A stretch of 32,000 bases of DNA from positions 4,493-36,492 of the forward strand of contig CAZIPU010000001.1 in NCBI GenBank assembly GCA_964541005.1, written 5' to 3'. The position numbers were made by a program, and so were the translations under genes. This DNA is from an uncultured Syntrophales bacterium (lineage in GTDB: Bacteria > Desulfobacterota > Syntrophia > Syntrophales > JAAYKM01). Each line of letters opens with the position of its first letter. The first letter of the stretch is position 1. Positions 24,780-31,399 of this stretch are shown here, piece by piece. The notes beneath the pieces are model-generated. The model saw only the letters and a list, made by a program, of their open reading frames with translations. It did not search any database and was not told the DNA's origin.

Positions 24780-26308
24780 TACAGACGCCTCCCCGTTTGG
24801 AACAGGAAATGGACGGCGCATGGATTCGTTATCCCCGGACCCTTTCCGTCTCGGCCTACCTCTGGGACCACCATTTCATGGGCAAAACGATTTTCCCCGC
24901 CGTCGAAATTCTCCAGGGCCTCGCCGCCAGCGTGCTGGATCACAGACCGGGAACAAAGGTAACGTCCTTACGGGGAGCTTCCTTCGACCGGTTTCTGGAA
25001 CTCGCTGAAAACGATCGTGAACATACCGTATTCCACGATCTGAAAGCGGACGGAAAAGGCCTGGTGTCCGCACGGCTGGTAACCGTTTCTCCGTCCGGGA
25101 AAGCAGGCATCCTGCGGGAAAAGGTCCATGCCGCGGTCGATTTTACGGCACCGGTGAAGGACGACGCGGAATTTCCCATGGATCTGGCGGCGTCAGTGGA
25201 AGGAATCGGTTACCGGATCCCTGCGGAGCAACTCTACCGGAAACTCATTCCTTTCGGCCCCGCCTACCGGAACCTTCAAGGTGATGTGATCCTGACGGAA
25301 AACGGCGGGGTGGCACAGGTCCGGGCTGCGGAATACCCGGCTCCCACGGTGCCCCTGGGTTCGACCTTTCCCTTCGACGGAATCATGCATATCGCCTGTG
25401 CCTGGAGTCAACGTTTTCACGGAATTGTCGCTTTTCCCGTCGGCTTCGACGAAAGGATCGTTCCGATCCCGACCATTACGGGAGAAACCTATTTCTGCCG
25501 GGTTTTGCCCGTTTCCGTCATGAAAGAAGAACTGACTTTCGACATGGCGATTTACGATCCGGAAGGAAGGATAAGGGAATTCATCCGGGGCTTGAAGATG
25601 AAGGACGTTTCGGGAGGACGCGTCAGGCCGCCCGGATGGGTCCGGTTCGACGGCACCGATTCCCTGGCCACGATCCGGAAGCACTGCGAGGCGCTCTGTG
25701 TCATCGAGGAGACGGCCCTCGCCGGTTTTGCCGCCGATGCCCTGACGGCCGGAGAGAGGGCCCGTTTCGACCGGATGGGGGTTCGCAGGAGGAAAAGCTA
25801 CCTGATGGGACGCCTGGTCCTTAAAACCCTGGCGCGAAAACTGGCGGGACGGGACCGGCAAACCCCGTCATCGGCGATCCACACCATGATGGAGGACGGC
25901 ATCAGGCCGTTCTGCCCCGATTTGGCCGGCCGGGGTCCTGTTTTTTGTTCCCTTTCCCACGACCGGCGCTTCGCCGTGGCCGCCGGGGGGGCGGAACCGA
26001 TGGGGATCGATGTGGAAGTCCTCTCCGGACGGGCCCTGAAGGCGAGGCACCTCTACATGGGAGAAGCGGAGTCAAACCTGGCCGACCGGTCTTCCCTGGG
26101 CGTCCTGGCCGCAGCGTTGCGGGTCTGGTCCATCAAGGAAGGGGTGACGAAGGTCCTCAATATGCCCATCGGAGAAGCCTGGAAAAGGGTCAGGGTCCTG
26201 GATATCGGGTTTCACGAGAGCCGCCTGACCGTGGACGTCGAACGTTTTACGGCATTCCACGATACGGTGGACGATCATGTATTTACCCTGGTGAAGAGGG
26301 AATCATGA
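24776..26308 (+). CDS. Fusion: PKS-type double-hot-dog dehydratase + Sfp-type 4'-phosphopantetheinyl transferase
   Basis: 510 aa, GTG start in a GTGA overlap with the PlsC-like stop. N-part: LWDHHFMGKTIFPAVEIL (HxxxGxxxxP) and FPFDGIMHIACAW (DxxxH/Q). C-part: RKSYLMGRLVLK, PMGIDVEVL, VWSIKEGVTKVL (W/F-S-x-K-E), the PPTase motifs. Confidence 0.75.
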   Translation: MIQTPPRLEQEMDGAWIRYPRTLSVSAYLWDHHFMGKTIFPAVEILQGLAASVLDHRPGTKVTSLRGASFDRFLELAENDREHTVFHDLKADGKGLVSARLVTVSPSGKAGILREKVHAAVDFTAPVKDDAEFPMDLAASVEGIGYRIPAEQLYRKLIPFGPAYRNLQGDVILTENGGVAQVRAAEYPAPTVPLGSTFPFDGIMHIACAWSQRFHGIVAFPVGFDERIVPIPTITGETYFCRVLPVSVMKEELTFDMAIYDPEGRIREFIRGLKMKDVSGGRVRPPGWVRFDGTDSLATIRKHCEALCVIEETALAGFAADALTAGERARFDRMGVRRRKSYLMGRLVLKTLARKLAGRDRQTPSSAIHTMMEDGIRPFCPDLAGRGPVFCSLSHDRRFAVAAGGAEPMGIDVEVLSGRALKARHLYMGEAESNLADRSSLGVLAAALRVWSIKEGVTKVLNMPIGEAWKRVRVLDIGFHESRLTVDVERFTAFHDTVDDHVFTLVKRES

Positions 26309-26342
26309 CATCCGGAGTGAAACAGGAAAAGGGAAGGCAGGG

Positions 26343-26924
26343 ATGATCCCCTTTGTCGTCACCATGGCCGGGGCCTACCTGGCGGGCTCCGTAAACTTTG
26401 CCATTATACTGTTCGCCTCCCTGGGGAAAGAGGACCCCAGGTCCCGCTTCAGCGGTAACGCCGGAGTGACCAACGTCCGGCGCCAGGCGGGGCTCGCCTG
26501 GGCTGTCCTGGTCCTTTTGCTCGATTTGATCCGGGCGCTGGGCGTTTCCTTTATCGCCCTCTATTTCCTGCCGAAAGAGATGGTGCCCTGGGTGGGCCTG
26601 GCCCTGGTGCTCGGCAACCGCTTTCCCTGCTTCCACGGTTTCCGGGGGGGGAAGGGAGTGGCCGCGTATCTCGGTTTTACCATCCCCGTCGCCCCTTATG
26701 CGGCAGTCCTGTCCGCCCTTGTCTGGGTGGGCATTTACGGAATCGCCCGCAGGCCCTTTATTGCCTCCTTCGGTATGGTCGCCGTCCTTGCAGCAGGCAC
26801 GGCCACTGTTTTCGGATATGATGCAACGGCAGCAACGGGCACCGTGGCGACGGCGCTTTTGATTTATTTCAACCACCGGGAGAACATGAAGGAACTTTTT
26901 GGGAAAAAATCAGGAAGGACCTGA
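26343..26924 (+). CDS. plsY: PlsY-family acyl-phosphate:glycerol-3-phosphate acyltransferase (divergent copy)
   Basis: 193 aa polytopic membrane protein. FSGNAGVTNVRR (compare canonical GSGNxGATN), LGNRFPCFHGFRGGKGVAAYLG (compare GHxFPxF..GGKGVAT), C-terminal YFNHRENMKELF. Confidence 0.8.
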   Translation: MIPFVVTMAGAYLAGSVNFAIILFASLGKEDPRSRFSGNAGVTNVRRQAGLAWAVLVLLLDLIRALGVSFIALYFLPKEMVPWVGLALVLGNRFPCFHGFRGGKGVAAYLGFTIPVAPYAAVLSALVWVGIYGIARRPFIASFGMVAVLAAGTATVFGYDATAATGTVATALLIYFNHRENMKELFGKKSGRT

Positions 26925-27069
26925 ATATTTCCCGGGAATGAACCCGTTAGCGACAAACACGGACTTTGTGTCAAATCAAAACGGTTATGCTTTACACAAA
27001 CTCTCCCGTCTTAATCATCTCTTGAATCCGATCTGCACACAGGACTCATTTCACCTGCCAATTTTCTTT

Positions 27070-27098
27070 TTGACATGCAGGACGGCCCTTGCTATATC
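27070..27098 (+). promoter_or_regulatory. Candidate internal sigma70-like promoter (TTGACA-N17-TATATC) upstream of the DarA/DarB-like genes
   Basis: TTGACA 27070-27075, a 17-nt spacer, TATATC 27093-27098, in a visibly AT-richer 250-bp gap after the PlsY-like gene. Confidence 0.4.
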
Positions 27099-27177
27099 CT
27101 TCGCGCTTGAAGACAGTGCAACGGTCGAAAACGATTCTCATCTGCAGAAAATTTAAGGGAAGGATAGATCATCACCT

Positions 27178-28056
27178 TTGGAAAAGAATATCCTGGTCAT
27201 CTATTACAGCCAGACGGGACAACTGAAGCAGATTGTGGATTCTCTGCTTTCGCCCCTTGCCGCCAATTCCATGTTTTCCATCGATTACCTGGAAATCCGG
27301 CCGGCGGTGGCCTACCCTTTTCCCTGGATCCGGAACGCTTTTCTGGATGTTTTTCCCGAATCCGTTCTGGAAGCGCCGATCGGCTTGAAGCCGGTCGAGG
27401 CTAAATATCGCGGCGCGTACGATTTGATCATCCTGGCCTTTCAGCCCTGGTACCTGTCGCCGTCTCTGCCCATATCGGCATTTCTGAAAAGTCCGGAAGC
27501 GGCCGGGATTCTGAAAGGACAACGGATCGTAACCGTCATCGGGGCGCGAAACATGTGGATTAAGTCCCTTGAATGCGTCAAGGAAAGGATAGAATTCCTC
27601 GGGGGAACCCTCGCCGGCAACATCGCCTTGACGGACCGGGCACTTAATCTGGTCAGCGTCGTAACGATTGTTTACTGGATGTTCCGGGGAAAGAAGGACC
27701 GCTGCCTGGGTGTCTTTCCGAAACCGGGGGTATCCGATGCGGATATCCATGCCGCCGCCCGCTTCGGGAAGGTTTTAGAAAAAGCCCTGATCAATGACCG
27801 GACGGATCGGGTCGGGGAAGAATTGGCCAAGCTCGGCGCGGCGGAGATAAATGATTCGTTGGCGAGACTGGAGAATCGTGCTAAGAGGATCTTTAAAATG
27901 TGGGCGAATTTGATCACAAAGCATTCTAAGATCAGGCGGTTATTGCTGAATCTTTTTTTTATCGAGCTGATTTTGGGCCTTGTCATCTTGTCCCCCTTAT
28001 ATTCTCTTTTCGGTATCATACTAAAACCTTTCAGGATAAAAACGGCACGGGCATAG
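27178..28056 (+). CDS. darA: DarA-like protein (flavodoxin-like N-domain; dialkylresorcinol pathway partner of DarB)
   Basis: 292 aa, TTG start. N-terminus (M)EKNILVIYYSQTGQLKQIVDSL is flavodoxin-fold-like and matches what I recall of DarA N-termini. C-terminal hydrophobic helix LLLNLFFIELILGLVILSPLY. The stop abuts the DarB-like ATG (TAGATG). The assignment rests on memory of the family plus synteny. Confidence 0.55.
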   Translation: MEKNILVIYYSQTGQLKQIVDSLLSPLAANSMFSIDYLEIRPAVAYPFPWIRNAFLDVFPESVLEAPIGLKPVEAKYRGAYDLIILAFQPWYLSPSLPISAFLKSPEAAGILKGQRIVTVIGARNMWIKSLECVKERIEFLGGTLAGNIALTDRALNLVSVVTIVYWMFRGKKDRCLGVFPKPGVSDADIHAAARFGKVLEKALINDRTDRVGEELAKLGAAEINDSLARLENRAKRIFKMWANLITKHSKIRRLLLNLFFIELILGLVILSPLYSLFGIILKPFRIKTARA

Positions 28057-29199
28057 ATGGAGAATCAGGTCTATATTACGAAATTAGCGAAGTTCTTACC
28101 GAACGAACCGGTTTCCAATGAGGGGATGGAGGACATCCTGGGCAGGATAAACGGCCGGCCATCCAAAATCCGAACCCTCGTTTTGAAAAGCAACGGCATC
28201 CGAACCCGTTACTACGCCATCGATGACCGGGGGCGTTTCACCCACACCAATGCGGAACTGACGGCCAATGCCATCCGTTCCCTGATGGATTCGTCTCTGA
28301 AGATCTCAGATGTGGAACTTCTGTGCTGCGGCACCTCCATTCCCGACCAGATTCTACCCTCCCATGCAGCCATGGTTCAGGGCTGCCTCGGTGCACCGCC
28401 GTTCGAAATCGTTTCCACGGCCGGCGCCTGCTGTTGCGGGATTCATGCCCTCAAGTACGGCATGCTTTCGATCATGGGCGGCAATTCTTCCAACGCGGTC
28501 TGCGCCGCATCCGAACTGGTTTCGCCGTTGCTGATGTCCCGCCATTACGAGAATGAACTGGCCGGCCTCCAGCGGTTGAAACGGCGGCCCATCATCGCAT
28601 TTGAAAAGGATTTCCTGCGGTGGATGCTCTCCGATGGCGCCGGCGCCGTCCTGCTGGAGAATAAACCGAACCGCCGGGATGGCCTGTCTTTAAGGATCGA
28701 TTCGATCGATACCTGTTCCTTCGCCGGAGAAGTCGCCGCCTGCATGTACGCCGGAAGCAGCCGGAACGGAGGAGGGGAACTGGTCAGCTGGAAAAATCAT
28801 TCCCCCGAGGAATGGCTGGAGAATTCCACCTTTGCCATCAAGCAGGATGTCAAGCTGCTGGATAAACACATCGTCAAGCTCGGCACGAGGAAGCTGGCCG
28901 AAACCCTGAAAAAACGGGGCGTCAGTTCCGGAGACATCTCTTTCCTGCTGCCCCATATTTCATCCGAGCATTTCCGCAAACCCCTGGACCGCGAAATGAA
29001 TGAACAGGGGATTCCGATTCCCCAGGAGCGGTGGTTCACCAATCTTGCCACGGTGGGCAACATCGGCAGCGCCTCGATCTACCTGATGATGGAGGAACTG
29101 TTCCACTCCGGCAAACTCGACCGGGACATGAAGATTCTGGCCCTCGTGCCGGAAAGTTCCCGGTTCAGTTACGCCTTCATGCTGATGACGGTCTGCTGA
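28057..29199 (+). CDS. darB: KAS III-like condensing enzyme of the DarB type (head-to-head condensing ketosynthase)
   Basis: 380 aa. VYITKLAKFLPNEPVSNEGMEDILGRINGRPS is a DarB-like N-terminus as I recall it. Cys-His-Asn contexts: TAGACCCGIHALKYG, LPHISSEHF, VGNIGSASIYL. It differs clearly from the FabH-like gene at 2733. Confidence 0.65.
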   Translation: MENQVYITKLAKFLPNEPVSNEGMEDILGRINGRPSKIRTLVLKSNGIRTRYYAIDDRGRFTHTNAELTANAIRSLMDSSLKISDVELLCCGTSIPDQILPSHAAMVQGCLGAPPFEIVSTAGACCCGIHALKYGMLSIMGGNSSNAVCAASELVSPLLMSRHYENELAGLQRLKRRPIIAFEKDFLRWMLSDGAGAVLLENKPNRRDGLSLRIDSIDTCSFAGEVAACMYAGSSRNGGGELVSWKNHSPEEWLENSTFAIKQDVKLLDKHIVKLGTRKLAETLKKRGVSSGDISFLLPHISSEHFRKPLDREMNEQGIPIPQERWFTNLATVGNIGSASIYLMMEELFHSGKLDRDMKILALVPESSRFSYAFMLMTVC

Positions 29200-29200
29200 G

Positions 29201-29629
29201 ATGAAACGGGAACAGGTACCCCAGGACGACGACCGCCTCATGGAGGGGCGCACCCGCGACCTCTGCTATGCCGTTGACGAAAACGGCGAGTATGTCCAGG
29301 TGTTGAGCACGGGGTGGGAGCCCAAGAATGCCGCTCTCATGCAGGCATGGGAAGAGATCGGCGAGCAGGCGAAGGCAATTTATTCCCAGGTGCAGGCCGG
29401 ACAAGTCAGTCCGATCGCCTTTTTTATGGCCCAGTGCATGTTCGATATCAAGCTCCTGTCGGATTACACGGGTTTGCCGAAAAGAAAGGTCAAGGCGCAT
29501 CTGGAACCCGAGCAGTTCAGGCGACTCGACGCAGAGACCCTGAAAAGCTATGCCGAGGCGTTCAACATCACGGTCGAAGACCTGGTGAACTGCACCAATA
29601 CGGCCGATCCTTTTTCCGAGGAGAAATAA
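29201..29629 (+). CDS. Hypothetical protein (possible C-terminal helix-turn-helix)
   Basis: 142 aa, starting 1 nt after the DarB-like stop. Codon usage is like its neighbours. The segment IKLLSDYTGLPKRKVKAHLEPEQF looks HTH-like, but no motif is recognised with confidence. Confidence 0.5.
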   Translation: MKREQVPQDDDRLMEGRTRDLCYAVDENGEYVQVLSTGWEPKNAALMQAWEEIGEQAKAIYSQVQAGQVSPIAFFMAQCMFDIKLLSDYTGLPKRKVKAHLEPEQFRRLDAETLKSYAEAFNITVEDLVNCTNTADPFSEEK

Positions 29630-29648
29630 CCCTTCCCGATGGTAATCC

Positions 29649-30650
29649 ATGATCGTTGATTTCAAACACAGGCAGGCCGCACACTGTGAAAACGGGGTAA
29701 CGTCGAATATATTCAGGTATTACGGTGTCGATCTATCCGAGGCCATGGCATTCGGAATCGGCTCGGGCCTCTTTTTCATTTACATGCCCTTTCTCAAGTA
29801 CAACGGGATTCCCGTCAGCTCGTTTCGACCCCTGCCCGGCATGATTTTCAAGCGGGCCACGCGCCTCCTCGGCATCAGGATTTACCGGAAGGCGTTCCGG
29901 GACAAGACGGCGTCCATGAAGGCTCTCGACGAGGCCCTCGACCGCCACATCCCGGTGGGGCTTCAGGTCGGCGTTTTTCACCTGGCCTACTTTCCCCGGC
30001 CCTACCGTTTCCATTTCAACGCCCACAATCTTGTGGTTCTGGGCAGGGAAAACGGCCGTTACGTTATCAGCGATCCCGTCATGGAAAGCCTGGAGTCTTT
30101 GAGCTATGACGAGTTGTTGCGGGTCCGCTGGGCCCGGGGCCTTTTCCAGCCGAAGGGGAAAATGTACTACCCTGTGAAGATCCCCGGGAAGATCGATCTG
30201 GCATCCGCCATTGTCAAGGGCATCCGGAAGAATTGCCGGGAAATGCTGAGCATTCCCATCCCATTTCTGGGTGTCCGGGGAATCCGCTACCTGGCCCGGG
30301 ACATCCGGCGGTGGCCGGCGAAACTGGGCGATAAAAAGGCCGCCCTGCACCTGGGGCAGTTCATCCGGATGCAGGAGGAAATCGGGACCGGCGGCGCCGG
30401 ATTCCGGTTCATTTATGCCGCCTTCCTCCAGGAGGCATCGAAAATATTGAACAAACCCCGGCTCCAGGAGCTGTCGGAGAACATGACCGACTGCGGCGAC
30501 CGATGGCGGGAATTTGCCGTCATGGCGGCCCGGATCATCAAGAACCGCAGCGGCGAGGGAGAGTCCTACGAGGCCATGTCCGCCATTCTTCTGGAAATCG
30601 CGGACCGGGAACAGGCCATCTTTAAGGAATTAAGGAAAGCCGTTACATGA
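29649..30650 (+). CDS. BtrH-N/DUF4872-like protein (putative ACP-dependent acyl/aminoacyl transferase or cysteine hydrolase fold)
   Basis: 333 aa. FKHRQAAHCENGVTSNIFRYYGVDLSEAMAFGIGSGLFFIY matches the BtrH N-terminal domain pattern (conserved HCE...G...SE.M.FG.GSG) as I recall it. Confidence 0.6.
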   Translation: MIVDFKHRQAAHCENGVTSNIFRYYGVDLSEAMAFGIGSGLFFIYMPFLKYNGIPVSSFRPLPGMIFKRATRLLGIRIYRKAFRDKTASMKALDEALDRHIPVGLQVGVFHLAYFPRPYRFHFNAHNLVVLGRENGRYVISDPVMESLESLSYDELLRVRWARGLFQPKGKMYYPVKIPGKIDLASAIVKGIRKNCREMLSIPIPFLGVRGIRYLARDIRRWPAKLGDKKAALHLGQFIRMQEEIGTGGAGFRFIYAAFLQEASKILNKPRLQELSENMTDCGDRWREFAVMAARIIKNRSGEGESYEAMSAILLEIADREQAIFKELRKAVT

Positions 30651-31399
30651 CAACACCGCCCGTCATAGAGGTTTCCGGACTGAGGAAGGTTTATAAAGGG
30701 TCGGCCAAGCCCGCCGTCGATGACCTCTCTTTCGCCGTTTCCGAAGGGGATATTTTCGGGCTTCTGGGTCCGAACGGTGCGGGAAAGTCAACGACCCTCA
30801 TGACGCTTTGCGGGCTCTTAGGCATCGATGGGGGACGTATCCGGGTTTTCGGCCTCGACGCCCGTCTGAAAGGGTCTGAAATCCGCAGCCGCGTCGGCGT
30901 GGCCACCCAGGAAATCGCCCTGTTCCCTTCCCTGACGGCCCGCGAGAACCTCCTCTATTTCGGCCGGATGTACGGGCTCGAAGGATCGGAAATCCGGGAG
31001 CGGATGCAGAATCTCCTGGCGGGGTTCGGCCTGTCGGACAATGCGGACAGGCGGGTTGCTCATTTTTCGGGCGGGATGAAAAGGCGCCTCAACCTCATCG
31101 CGGCCCTGCTCAACCGGCCGCGGCTGCTCTTTCTCGATGAACCGACGTCGGGGGTGGACGTGCAGTCCCGCAACATGATTTTAGCCTACATGCGCCGGAT
31201 GAAAACAAAGGGGGTAACGATTGTCTATTCATCCCATCTCCTGGAAGAGGCGGAGAAAATCTGCGACCGGTTCGCCATTATCGACGAAGGCCGGCTGGTG
31301 GCTGCAGGAACCCTGGAAGAGATGCTCGGACAAAACGGGGGCTGTGATAACCTGGAACAGTTGTTTCTCCACCTGACCGGCAGAGGAATCCGCGATTGA
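30647..31399 (+). CDS. ABC transporter ATP-binding protein (ABC-2/DrrA-like)
   Basis: 250 aa. Walker A GPNGAGKSTT, signature FSGGMKRRL, Walker B LLFLDEPTSGVD, H-loop SSHLLEE. ATGA overlaps the previous stop. Confidence 0.95.
   Translation: MTTPPVIEVSGLRKVYKGSAKPAVDDLSFAVSEGDIFGLLGPNGAGKSTTLMTLCGLLGIDGGRIRVFGLDARLKGSEIRSRVGVATQEIALFPSLTARENLLYFGRMYGLEGSEIRERMQNLLAGFGLSDNADRRVAHFSGGMKRRLNLIAALLNRPRLLFLDEPTSGVDVQSRNMILAYMRRMKTKGVTIVYSSHLLEEAEKICDRFAIIDEGRLVAAGTLEEMLGQNGGCDNLEQLFLHLTGRGIRD

Noticed and set aside
26899-27156. 85-aa + strand ORF after the PlsY-like gene
   Set aside because: It overlaps the PlsY-like 3' end, runs through a low-GC intergenic stretch containing the candidate promoter, and has no Shine-Dalgarno or motif.
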